From Candidatus Woesearchaeota archaeon (GTDB lineage: Archaea > Nanobdellota > Nanobdellia > Woesearchaeales > GW2011-AR4): a stretch of DNA of 22,802 bases. The stretch spans positions 1 to 22,802 of the forward strand of contig JACPTC010000064.1 in NCBI GenBank assembly GCA_016192985.1, written 5' to 3'. A program made the position numbers and the translations under genes. This document shows, one piece after another, positions 1-8,134 of the stretch. Numbering within the stretch: position 1 is the first letter of the stretch; each line of letters begins with the position of its first letter. Below the pieces are notes generated by a model. The model ran no database searches. It was not told where the DNA came from and saw only the letters and a program-made list of their open reading frames with translations.

Positions 1-141
1 AAAGGATTTAAGATAAAGGAAATCCCGATTACATTTACCGATAGGACAAAGGGATATTCAAAACTGGGATTGCCGCAGCTTATAGCAGGTTATTTCATGG
101 TATTAAAATTAAAGATAAAGCATTTGTTTGGAATGATATAA
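1..141 (+). CDS. 3' end of a family-2 glycosyltransferase (dolichyl-phosphate sugar synthase-like); 5' part lies outside the window
   Basis: Frame 1 is open from base 1 and reads KGFKIKEIPITFTDRTKGYSKLGLPQLIAGYFMVLKLKIKHLFGMI*. The G(F/Y)K-I-x-E-(I/V)-P-I-x-F-x-x-R-x-x-G-x-SK pattern plus a C-terminal hydrophobic helix is typical of DPM1/GtrB-like GT2 enzymes. Stop TAA at 139-141. Confidence 0.6.
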   Translation, partial: KGFKIKEIPITFTDRTKGYSKLGLPQLIAGYFMVLKLKIKHLFGMI

Positions 142-168
142 GTCATATTCAATATAAAAACCGAAATA

Positions 169-176
169 TTTAAATA
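169..176 (+). promoter_or_regulatory. Archaeal TATA-box-like element upstream of the RHH gene
   Basis: TTTAAATA lies inside ATATTTAAATATT, about 20-30 nt upstream of the candidate ATGs at 191 and 203. The same TTTAAATATT core sits upstream of the 1033 gene. Confidence 0.4.
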
Positions 177-190
177 TTACATTGTATTAC

Positions 191-469
191 ATGGATAATA
201 CTATGGAAACTGTAACATTTAAACTTCAGGAAGATGTTGTAAAGAAAATAGATTCAGTCTTAAAACCTTTGCATTTCAGCAATAGGACAGAATTTATCAG
301 GGAATCTATCAGGGAAAAGCTAAACTCGATAGAAAAAGACATTGTTCTACAACATCTAGTGGCTTTTAAAGGCACTGCAAAAAAGAAAATAAGCGATAAG
401 GAACTACACAAGATTAGGGATGGGGTTGCCAGCGAATACGCCAAAAAATTTGGTATCAAGCTAAATTAA
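191..469 (+). CDS. Ribbon-helix-helix (CopG/Arc-type) DNA-binding protein, antitoxin-like
   Basis: The N-terminus TVTFKLQEDVVKKIDSVLKPLHFSNRTEFIRESIREKL matches the beta-strand/helix/helix RHH pattern. The ORF track starts at a TTG at 182; ATG at 191 or 203 is more plausible given the TATA position. Confidence 0.65.
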   Translation: MDNTMETVTFKLQEDVVKKIDSVLKPLHFSNRTEFIRESIREKLNSIEKDIVLQHLVAFKGTAKKKISDKELHKIRDGVASEYAKKFGIKLN

Positions 470-877
470 TTCTTCTGGCTTTTTGATAGTTATTTTATCT
501 TTTAACTTTCTGAAATGGCGGTCTCTTGTCACCATAACTGCATTAGCGTCTCTAGCTAGTACCCCATGAACAGCATCTCCTAAAGGAATCTTATGCTCTT
601 TTGACAAATCAGCAGCTTCTTTTAATTGCTTTTCATTAATTTCAACTTTTTCAAGCAATTCTGATACGCCTTTGAAGAGCTTACCAATAGTTTGCTTATC
701 GTAAGCGTGTGATAATTCCTCAACAACAAAATCTGAATAAACAATTTTCTCTTTATTGGCACGTATTTTCTTGAACAATTCAAATGCCAATTCTCCAAGA
801 TTTTTGGATTTGTCTTTCCTGTTTTCATGGAGGTCTCTCCAAATTGCTGTGTCTACGTAATATTTTGATGCCATCAT
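461..877 (-). CDS. PIN-domain ribonuclease (VapC-like toxin)
   Basis: The four PIN acidic positions are in the expected order and context: YYVDTAIW (N-terminal D), VVEEL, PLGDAVHGVLA and VTRDRHF. The size (138 aa) is typical. Confidence 0.8.
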   Translation of the reverse strand: MMASKYYVDTAIWRDLHENRKDKSKNLGELAFELFKKIRANKEKIVYSDFVVEELSHAYDKQTIGKLFKGVSELLEKVEINEKQLKEAADLSKEHKIPLGDAVHGVLARDANAVMVTRDRHFRKLKDKITIKKPEELI

Positions 878-955
878 TGTTTTAGCATTGGGTTATGTAT
901 TTATAGTTTGCTTAAACTTTGATAATTAGATGTTTCAAACAGTTGTTATTAAATA

Positions 956-976
956 TAATCTAATATTATTAGATTA
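956..976. promoter_or_regulatory. Perfect 10-bp-arm palindrome in the divergent PIN / 79-aa-gene intergenic region (candidate operator)
   Basis: TAATCTAATA-T-TATTAGATTA has exactly reverse-complementary arms and a 1-nt spacer. It lies about 30 bp upstream of the TATA-like box at 1002-1009. Confidence 0.45.
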
Positions 977-1001
977 AAATTAATGGTAAATAATAGAAGT
1001 C

Positions 1002-1009
1002 TTTAAATA
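1002..1009 (+). promoter_or_regulatory. TATA-box-like element placing the transcription start at about the ATG of the 79-aa gene (leaderless)
   Basis: TTTAAATA is centred about 27 nt upstream of ATG 1033. Confidence 0.45.
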
Positions 1010-1032
1010 TTAGTTGTACATTACTGATTTAT

Positions 1033-1272
1033 ATGGTAAAAGTTAGAATTGAAAATGAAACTAAGGAAGAAAAATTTAAAAGAATAGCTGAAGCAAGGGT
1101 TAACAAATTACTCGAGCAGTTTGCCATCTTAAGAAATTGCTCAAATACTCAAGTGTATAGCTATTCTGAACCTCAAATAAACAAGATATTCAAAGCTCTA
1201 GAAGAAGAATTGAGAATAACTAAAGTAGCTTTTCAGTATAATAAGAAAGCAAGGAAAGGCATAAAACTTTAA
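1033..1272 (+). CDS. Small (79 aa) helical, lysine/glutamate-rich protein, first gene of the GHKL operon
   Basis: The ORF has a good TATA spacing. Its stop at 1270-1272 is followed 1 nt later by the ATG of the next gene. I recognise no motif. Confidence 0.5.
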   Translation: MVKVRIENETKEEKFKRIAEARVNKLLEQFAILRNCSNTQVYSYSEPQINKIFKALEEELRITKVAFQYNKKARKGIKL

Positions 1273-1273
1273 A

Positions 1274-3229
1274 ATGGAATTTGTAAAAAGGCTATTTGGA
1301 AGCAAAGAAGTTGAAACTAATGTCGATGAAACAATATTTTCAGCCAGTTTTGAAAAAGAAAAACAAATAGTTTCTGCTTTAAATATGGTTGGTGCTGGTT
1401 TTGAAGCACGAGGCGGAAGTTCATTAATGTTAACAGAAGCAGTTGAGAATGGTGTCGATGCAATTATAAAATTCAATGAAAATAAAAAAAAGAAAATCAA
1501 AGGAAAAATCAAAGTGCTGATTGACAAAGACAATGAAAGAATATTGATAATAGATAATGGCACTGGATTTTTGCAAATCAAGCACGTTTGCGAGAAACCT
1601 TTTGATTCATTGAAAGAGCTGGATATTACTCAAACAGGAAAATTTGCTAGAGGATTGCAGGGGTTTAGAGCATTTTGTGAAAATTTATATTTCATCACAA
1701 AAAGACTTCCCGAAGATATACCTTCCAATGAAACTGATGTCATACCTGCTAATGCAGGTTCTTCTAGGCTTGTAGTTAAACTTGAGTTTAATTCAATGTC
1801 CAGTAAAGTTAAAGTAAAATATATAGATAAGTCCAAATTTGATGAATATTCAAATTCAGAGCATGGTACAATTTGCATATATGAAAAATGGAAACCTGGA
1901 CTGTTTGAAAAATTTAATGTAAATATGTTGTTTAAAAGACTTCAACACCATTTTGGAGAATTAATTAGAAAAGGAGAAATACGAATACTCGTAGAATCAT
2001 ACGAAGGAAAAATCGCGGAAATAGGACCTGAACAAGAAAAATTTCAGGAAGTTGAACCAAGAGACTATTCAGGATTTACTCCCATAGTCATCAATCCAAT
2101 TCCTTATGATAAAAATGAGAAAAAAGGAGAAATAAGTTTCAATTTGCACTTGTGTGATAGGGGTAGAAGTGATAGATGGAATCAGCCCTACTTGCTTTTT
2201 CAAGGAAGACCAGTTGGAGATGGATTTGTCTCAGAAATAGATGAATTTGCAGAACGTCCTATATGGAAACATAGGTTTCTTACTGGATATGTAACATGTG
2301 ATTTTTGTGAAATTAACGAACTAAGACAAGGTTTAAAAATTAATGATGAACGTGATCTTTTATTCAAGGAACTTCTCAAAATTGAAAAATTACTTGAGAA
2401 TAAAGTAAAGGAACATTCCAAAGGATTGTATGAGTTAAAGTTACAGAGACAAGTTAGCGAACTTGTAAAGGATTTACAATTATTTTTTAAATCAAAGAAT
2501 ATATTTAATTTTAAGATAGCTAAGAGTATGGGATTTCTCTCAAAAGAAAACAATGAGATTGAAGTTGTGGAGTTAGCAAAGTCAACCGGTCAAGACCCTA
2601 ATTTGGAAGTAAAAAATCCTGCAGGAGAAGGTACAGAAATATCTGGCATGGAAAAATTTGAAAACACAAATGTAAAAAAGGAGGAAGGGGGACAAGAAAA
2701 AACATTAAACCCTGATTTAGGAACACATGGAGATGGTCATGGCCAAATAAAGGCAGGTGGTCTAGGAGAAGATGCAAAAGTTGCCGAATTGCAAGATAAG
2801 GATAAAGAGAAGGGCTTTAAAGAATCTGAAAAAGGTATTAATAAACCTACAGAACAAACACAACCTCACGAGACTGGGGGAAATGATAAAATTAAGAGAA
2901 AAGGAATGAGGCATAAACCTCGTGGATTTGGCATGGTATTTCAGGATGACGAATTTAATGAAGACCTATCATGGTTTGATGAATTGAATTCAGTTGTCAT
3001 AATTAACTCACAACATCCTAGATACTTATCAAGATTAGAAGATGAATCTCACTTTAGAGATTTAATGAATTATTTAGCAGAATTGTATGTTTGGGAAATA
3101 ACCAAACTAGTACATTCGAAAGATGATGAACTCCAAAAAGGTATGAAATTTCTCGACTATAAATTTGAATATTTTGAAAAGATGAGAAGAGACCAGCAAG
3201 AAGGTGTCTATGCAAATGATTCAGAGTGA
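1274..3229 (+). CDS. GHKL-superfamily (MORC / Hsp90 / MutL-like, HATPase_c_3-type) ATPase with a long low-complexity linker and a conserved-looking C-terminal domain
   Basis: Bergerat-fold motifs occur in order: N-box LTEAVENGVDAI (E-x-x-x-N-x-x-D-A), G1 box LIIDNGTGF (D-x-G-x-G), and a G2-like TGKFARGLQGFRAF. An acidic/lysine/glycine-rich segment spans about residues 440-545. The C-terminal block is RGFGMVFQDDEFNEDLSWFDELNSVVIINSQHPRY. Confidence 0.75.
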   Translation: MEFVKRLFGSKEVETNVDETIFSASFEKEKQIVSALNMVGAGFEARGGSSLMLTEAVENGVDAIIKFNENKKKKIKGKIKVLIDKDNERILIIDNGTGFLQIKHVCEKPFDSLKELDITQTGKFARGLQGFRAFCENLYFITKRLPEDIPSNETDVIPANAGSSRLVVKLEFNSMSSKVKVKYIDKSKFDEYSNSEHGTICIYEKWKPGLFEKFNVNMLFKRLQHHFGELIRKGEIRILVESYEGKIAEIGPEQEKFQEVEPRDYSGFTPIVINPIPYDKNEKKGEISFNLHLCDRGRSDRWNQPYLLFQGRPVGDGFVSEIDEFAERPIWKHRFLTGYVTCDFCEINELRQGLKINDERDLLFKELLKIEKLLENKVKEHSKGLYELKLQRQVSELVKDLQLFFKSKNIFNFKIAKSMGFLSKENNEIEVVELAKSTGQDPNLEVKNPAGEGTEISGMEKFENTNVKKEEGGQEKTLNPDLGTHGDGHGQIKAGGLGEDAKVAELQDKDKEKGFKESEKGINKPTEQTQPHETGGNDKIKRKGMRHKPRGFGMVFQDDEFNEDLSWFDELNSVVIINSQHPRYLSRLEDESHFRDLMNYLAELYVWEITKLVHSKDDELQKGMKFLDYKFEYFEKMRRDQQEGVYANDSE

Positions 3230-4130
3230 TCTTCAAAGCATAGTGGATTTCTATTCAACAATTATTAGTAAAGAAAGAGTAGGCTCTAGATTTGAGGCTC
3301 ATGATGTAAAAAAGATATGGAAACTTGGAGACATGATTATATCTACCATCAAACCTCTTGATTTAACAAGTTTGTTACCTAAGTTAGATCAAATTCACAA
3401 AATTAAAAGCATTCGTTATCGAGACATGCTTTACAGGGCTGCAATCACTTTTAGAAGATACTGGCAAGAGGAAACACAATACAAAGAAGTAGTAAACTAT
3501 CTTAACATATGGAGAAAACTAAGGGCATTTTATCCAGTCTGTGAAGAAATTCTTAAAGGAGATGCTAAATACACAATAAATGACGTTGATAATTTAATTA
3601 AACAATGCAAGGATAAGACTGCTGAAGAAATAATTGAATTAACAAAAAGACTGCGAAAAAAAGATGATAAAATTCTTGAAGAATTGAGAATAGATTTATA
3701 CGAGTTCAGGGAATCTCTTATTAATGTATCGGATGAATTACTCAAAATAATAGAAGAAGACTCAAAAACTGAGAATGAGTTGAGAAAAATATATTCTCCA
3801 GAACAATTACGAGCTTTTAGATTATTATTGTCTGCTTTGCAGAAGGAAGAAGTATACTTAAAACATAACCAAGGAATCAAGAAAACAGTAAAAAAAGTGT
3901 TATCTCAAACAGATTTAGAAATAGGTAATCAATTAAATGAGATTTTTAACTCTATTAATAGATTTATAAATAACGAAAAAGCTAGAATCTTAGTCAGAAA
4001 GGAAATTCCTGTTACTTTTATAGGCAATTTATCAACATATTTAAGGGCGGTAGAATCTGACGCAAACAAAGAACAATATAAAAAAAATAAGGAGATTCTC
4101 AACAAATTTATAGGAAAAATGAGTTCATAA
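3204..4130 (+). CDS. 308-aa all-helical protein of unknown function, translationally overlapped with the GHKL ATPase gene
   Basis: The long ORF has a start region (ATGs at 3204/3210/3216) that overlaps the ATPase stop (3227-3229). I recognise no catalytic motif. Confidence 0.6.
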   Translation: MSMQMIQSDLQSIVDFYSTIISKERVGSRFEAHDVKKIWKLGDMIISTIKPLDLTSLLPKLDQIHKIKSIRYRDMLYRAAITFRRYWQEETQYKEVVNYLNIWRKLRAFYPVCEEILKGDAKYTINDVDNLIKQCKDKTAEEIIELTKRLRKKDDKILEELRIDLYEFRESLINVSDELLKIIEEDSKTENELRKIYSPEQLRAFRLLLSALQKEEVYLKHNQGIKKTVKKVLSQTDLEIGNQLNEIFNSINRFINNEKARILVRKEIPVTFIGNLSTYLRAVESDANKEQYKKNKEILNKFIGKMSS

Positions 4131-4492
4131 TATTTTAAAGAAAGATGGCAATCAAATCAAAAATAGTGAAAGTCAAAATTAAGCAAAGCCCCTATTAATA
4201 TTTTTGAGTGCGTTCCTTGATTCTTGTTCTTTATTATCCATACGTTGTACAAGATTATAGTAATTAGAATATATATATTAGAATATGGATAATATGATTA
4301 TAATCACTAACAAATAGAAAAACTTTTAAATAGATGTTGCTAAACCAATATTTAAATTAGCCCCAGTTGAAGAGGAGTGATAATGAAAAAAGAGGGTTTA
4401 GGTGGTTTGAATAATTCTCAGGATTTGAAAGGTAACTTTAAAAAGAGGTACGTATTAACTCTATACTTCAAGGAAGGGGGGTGTGTTTTTTA

Positions 4493-5521
4493 ATGAAAAT
4501 AGCTATACTTACACCTACGTTTAATTACTATAGCGGTATTGATAGGGTAGCTCAAGATAGGGCAGAGCGACTTTCAAAAAAAGGTCATAAAGTAACTGTT
4601 TTTGCATTTGAAGCAAAAATTAAGCCAAAAGGTTATAAAACTATAAGAATATATATATCACAATTTTTAGAAAGGTTTTATAGGTTATTTCCATTCTTGT
4701 ATTTTAATAAAAATATTATTAAAAAACTTAAAGAGTTTGACCAAATAATATCCTTTAACGAACCGATGGATTCTATTGCAGTTCAAGCAAAAAAAAGATA
4801 TAAAATAGAATATATTGCTTGGTTTAGTGGTTTTTATGCGCGTGGTGAAAATCTGCTAGAAAAAATTTATATGACTATCTTTAGATATTTTTATCTTAAA
4901 GATCTTAAACAAGCCGATAAGATTGTATGTGTCAGTAACACTATTAAAAATAAATTAATTAATTCTGATATTGATATTAAAAAAACAAAAGTTGAATATG
5001 ATTTAAATAATATTGATAAATCTAGATTTAATAGAAATGTAAAAAAAATGAATTTAAGCAAGATAAATGAAATAATTAGAAATTATAATTTACAAAACAA
5101 AAGAGTGTTCCTGTATGTAGGTAGACTTGCCACTAGCAAAAGAGTGGATTTGTTAATTAAAATGTTCAAAATGGAAAAAAATGAACATCCAGAATATAAA
5201 CTTATAATAGTAGGAAAACCAACATTTAAAAGATATTTCAAAAAATTATTAAGTATGGCTGATGAAGATGTAATTTTTACTGGCGAAGTATATGATAAAG
5301 ATTTACCAGCTTATTATGCTGTATCTGATGTTTTTGTAACGGCATCGCAAGATGAGGGATTTAATTTGCCTGCTGTGGAAGCTCAAGCTTGTGGTAAACC
5401 AGTAGTTGCTTTTGATGTTGGATCTAATAGGGAATTAATTAAAAAAGGTACTTTAGTTCGAGAAGGAGACATAAATGGGTTCACTAGTGCTATGAATAGT
5501 TATGCTAATTCTGTCCGTTAA
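4493..5521 (+). CDS. GT4-family (Glycos_transf_1) glycosyltransferase
   Basis: The C-terminal signature EGFNLPAVEAQACGKPVVAFDVGSNRELI (E-x7-E type) and the N-terminus MKIAILTPTF are typical of GT4. I prefer ATG 4493, preceded by the purine-rich GGAAGGGGGGTG, over the track's GTG at 4481. Confidence 0.8.
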   Translation: MKIAILTPTFNYYSGIDRVAQDRAERLSKKGHKVTVFAFEAKIKPKGYKTIRIYISQFLERFYRLFPFLYFNKNIIKKLKEFDQIISFNEPMDSIAVQAKKRYKIEYIAWFSGFYARGENLLEKIYMTIFRYFYLKDLKQADKIVCVSNTIKNKLINSDIDIKKTKVEYDLNNIDKSRFNRNVKKMNLSKINEIIRNYNLQNKRVFLYVGRLATSKRVDLLIKMFKMEKNEHPEYKLIIVGKPTFKRYFKKLLSMADEDVIFTGEVYDKDLPAYYAVSDVFVTASQDEGFNLPAVEAQACGKPVVAFDVGSNRELIKKGTLVREGDINGFTSAMNSYANSVR

Positions 5522-5598
5522 AAAGACGATTTATTTAAAAATAAGCGATGAATTCTATCAATAATTTACCTAAATAACACTATCATAAAACTGCTAAA

Positions 5599-7095
5599 AT
5601 GAATTTAATCGAGAAATTAAAAAATCAGGAAAAATACACGAAATACTCAATATATCTTATTATAATTTTTTCAATTATAGTAATTACCTTGGCTTCAGTC
5701 TATCATGTTTCAGGAGACGGCTGCTGGCATATGCCCGTTGGAAAGTACATTGCAAAAGAGCATAAATTCCCGCTTTTTGAGCCGTTAGGAAGGGATGAAC
5801 CGTTCTGGAGCCCGCCTTTATACCACATCGCTATTGCGGCTGTTTACAGTATTTTCAGCATTTTCGGGGGCAATATTGCAAATTCTGCACCAAAATTCAT
5901 CCCGCCTTTTTTCGGAATATTGTCGCTTGCGTTTTCATTCTTAACTATAAGGAAGCTGCTTAACTCCAGAACAGCCTTTTACTCAATACTTTTCATGGCT
6001 TTTGTCCCAATCTTTATTGATTACAGCGTATTGAGCTATGCTGAAAGCATTCTTGTGTTTTTTGTTGTTTTGAGCGTTTACCTTCTGATCAATAACAAAA
6101 TTGCCTTATCAGGAATTGCCGCAGGGCTTTCCATACTGGCAAAATACAATGGTGTTTTTATTTTGCCTATCCTGATTTATATTCTCTACAAAAGAAATGA
6201 TAAAAAGGCTTTTCTTAAAAAATCAATGGTTCTTGCTTCATTCTGTATTTTAATAGCTATGCCGTGGCTCATAAGGAACTGGATATTGCTTGGCAATCCA
6301 ATATGGCCGTTTCTGAATTTCATTTTCAGCGGAATTGAAGCTAAATCATATTCAACACTTGACTTCAGCAGGATTGTCCATCCTAATATCATTTCATTTA
6401 CTTTGCTTGGATTTTTCGGGGTTCCTGACGGCAATTATGCCGCATTTTCATTTTTTGGCCTGCCATTGATTAGGATTTTGCTGCCATTGTGGCTTGTAGC
6501 CTCTATTGTTTTTATAACTCCTGCATTCATTGGCATTTTTCATTCAAAAAAAGCTCCAGAAGCAAAAATTTTCATTTTATGGCTTTCATCTTATTTTATC
6601 CTGTTCTTGCTTTATGTACTAAACGTTGGGTGGTCAGTGTCAAGGATGCTGCTGCCGGCTTTTCCTGCACTGGCTGTTTTTTGGGCTTTTGGATACAAAG
6701 TGCTGATGCAAAAGGCGATATTCAGAAAAACCGCATTTTTAATATTGGTTATTGCTGCCGGGCTTGTGTTTTCTGAATTTATTAAATTTATCCTGGCATC
6801 AAATGAATGGAGTTTTTACAATCATGATTTTGAATGGGTAAGGCAGAACACAGCGAAAGAATCTGTGTTCATAGCCAGCGGCCAGTGCATTCCTTACAAT
6901 ATTGAAAGAACATCATTGCATTTCAGCGAGGAAAACATAAAAAATGCGGATTACCTATGGCTCAACCAGAATTTCAGGCTTGACAAGAGGTCCGTTCTCA
7001 GTCAAAATGAAATCCAGTCAATTCATTCCAGAAACTTCAAAATTGCTTATGACAACAAATCTACCGGAACTAGGATTTACCAGATCAAACAATGA
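5599..7095 (+). CDS. Polytopic membrane GT-C-fold glycosyltransferase (PMT/ArnT, GT39/GT83-like)
   Basis: The protein has more than 10 hydrophobic segments. A first-loop acidic motif is followed by SPPLYH (GRDEPFWSPPLYHIAIA), resembling the D/E...PPL signature of PMT_2/ArnT-type enzymes. It has a soluble C-terminal domain. Confidence 0.65.
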   Translation: MNLIEKLKNQEKYTKYSIYLIIIFSIIVITLASVYHVSGDGCWHMPVGKYIAKEHKFPLFEPLGRDEPFWSPPLYHIAIAAVYSIFSIFGGNIANSAPKFIPPFFGILSLAFSFLTIRKLLNSRTAFYSILFMAFVPIFIDYSVLSYAESILVFFVVLSVYLLINNKIALSGIAAGLSILAKYNGVFILPILIYILYKRNDKKAFLKKSMVLASFCILIAMPWLIRNWILLGNPIWPFLNFIFSGIEAKSYSTLDFSRIVHPNIISFTLLGFFGVPDGNYAAFSFFGLPLIRILLPLWLVASIVFITPAFIGIFHSKKAPEAKIFILWLSSYFILFLLYVLNVGWSVSRMLLPAFPALAVFWAFGYKVLMQKAIFRKTAFLILVIAAGLVFSEFIKFILASNEWSFYNHDFEWVRQNTAKESVFIASGQCIPYNIERTSLHFSEENIKNADYLWLNQNFRLDKRSVLSQNEIQSIHSRNFKIAYDNKSTGTRIYQIKQ

Positions 7096-8053
7096 ATTTT
7101 GGCTTGAAGAGATAGGATTCATCAAAAACTTTCAGTATGTAGGAATCATCGGCTTTTCTGAATTTCTGTATGAGTTTTCTTTTTTCAATTATAGACTTCA
7201 GGCTCATGGCAACATATGCAATTGCCTTTATTCTGGATAAAGCGATGCTTATTTTTAAAGCCAAAATATCCTTAACAATCGCAATGATTCTCGCAAACAA
7301 CACATATGGCAGAAACAAGGCAATTCTTTTTATTGAAAATATCTTCAAAAAAGTTTCAAGCAGGTTCCTTTCCATAAGGAAGGTGTTGAACGATTTTTTT
7401 GCCTTTTGAGTTGTTGCGGCATGCACATGATAAATAATGGCGTCAGGCACAAATACTGTTTTCATGCCGCTCAATCTTATCCTCAAACCCAAATCCAAAT
7501 CCTCGGCATAGACAAAATAATCCCTGTCAAATAAATAACCGTACATTTCTACAAAACTCTTTCTTATTAATCCCACTCCCATGTAAGGAATTTCCCTGAC
7601 AGCATCTGGATTATTTCCCTTAATGTGGCCGTTGTAAAAAGCCCTTGAAACCCATGTTCCATTTGATTTAAGCTTTTTGTTGTAAAAGTTCGCAAGCGCC
7701 GGGGCAGCCATTGCAATATTGCCATCTGCTTCAATTGCCTTAACCATGCTCTTAAGGCAATTTTTATCGAGCTTCATGTCATTATTGAGGAAGAAGATGT
7801 ACTTGCCTTTGCAGTGCTTCAAAGCAGAATTAATGCCGCAATAGCCAATGTTCTCCTTATTTTCGACAAGTATCACATTCTTATAATTTTTCCTTATGAA
7901 CTGCTTGCTTCCATCGCTTGAATTGTTGTCAACAACTATTATTTCAAAACTGCCAAAATTGATGCCTTTTATTGAATCGAGAATAATTTTCAGCAAATCT
8001 TTCCCGTTAAAATTTACTATTACAACAGAAACTTTGATTTTTTTATCTGGCAT
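7085..8053 (-). CDS. GT2-family glycosyltransferase
   Basis: VSVVIVNFNGKDLL...FEIIVVDNNSSDGS and the later YAEDLDLGLR motif are classic GT2 (rhamnosyl/galactosyl-transferase-like) signatures. Its 3' end overlaps the convergent 5599-7095 gene by 11 bp. Confidence 0.85.
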   Translation of the reverse strand: MPDKKIKVSVVIVNFNGKDLLKIILDSIKGINFGSFEIIVVDNNSSDGSKQFIRKNYKNVILVENKENIGYCGINSALKHCKGKYIFFLNNDMKLDKNCLKSMVKAIEADGNIAMAAPALANFYNKKLKSNGTWVSRAFYNGHIKGNNPDAVREIPYMGVGLIRKSFVEMYGYLFDRDYFVYAEDLDLGLRIRLSGMKTVFVPDAIIYHVHAATTQKAKKSFNTFLMERNLLETFLKIFSIKRIALFLPYVLFARIIAIVKDILALKISIALSRIKAIAYVAMSLKSIIEKRKLIQKFRKADDSYILKVFDESYLFKPKFIV

Positions 8054-8134
8054 TTTTCCCCTTCTGGTTATGTCTTATTTAAAATTTACTAAAATAAAGA
8101 AAGGTTTATAAAAGTCGGCTATTTTTGGCGCATA

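Noticed and set aside
226-459. An antisense 77-aa ORF inside the RHH gene. Similar shadow ORFs occur at 622-828, 1198-1581, 1630-1878, 2200-2553, 3054-3236, 3530-3880, 6186-6434, 7170-7409, 7896-8111, 9401-9703, 10424-10654, 10709-10936, 11150-11389, 11950-12192, 13728-13979, 14201-14461, 14499-14732, 14857-15162, 17028-17234, 17799-17994, 18321-18692, 18771-19001, 19603-19797, 20289-20498, 20541-20801, 20912-21199 and 21253-21438.
   Set aside because: All lie opposite or out of frame within ORFs that carry clear family motifs. Their translations are low-complexity and rich in Ser/Leu/Phe/Ile, as expected of antisense reading of AT-rich genes. None has a promoter or SD context.
4481-4492. The GTG start of the GT4 gene given by the ORF track (MCFL-MKIAIL...).
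   Set aside because: The ATG at 4493 gives the canonical MKIAILTP GT4 N-terminus. The GTG lies inside the purine-rich ribosome-binding-like stretch.
4131-4492. The 362-bp non-coding gap after the GHKL operon contains a local direct repeat ATTAGAATAT (twice, about 4264 and 4278) and a 20-codon minus-strand ORF (about 4190-4252). It might hide a small gene or an att-type site.
   Set aside because: The repeats are short and AT-only, so they are expected by chance in this composition. The mini-ORF has no ribosome-binding or promoter context. I found no matching repeat at the left edge of the insert (142-181).
6489-7240. Same-strand alternative-frame ORFs 6489-6776 and 6944-7240 inside or overlapping the GT-C gene and the GT2 3' end.
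   Set aside because: They are out of frame within a continuous 498-aa membrane-protein ORF. Their sequences are Cys/Phe-rich and not protein-like, and nothing independently supports them.
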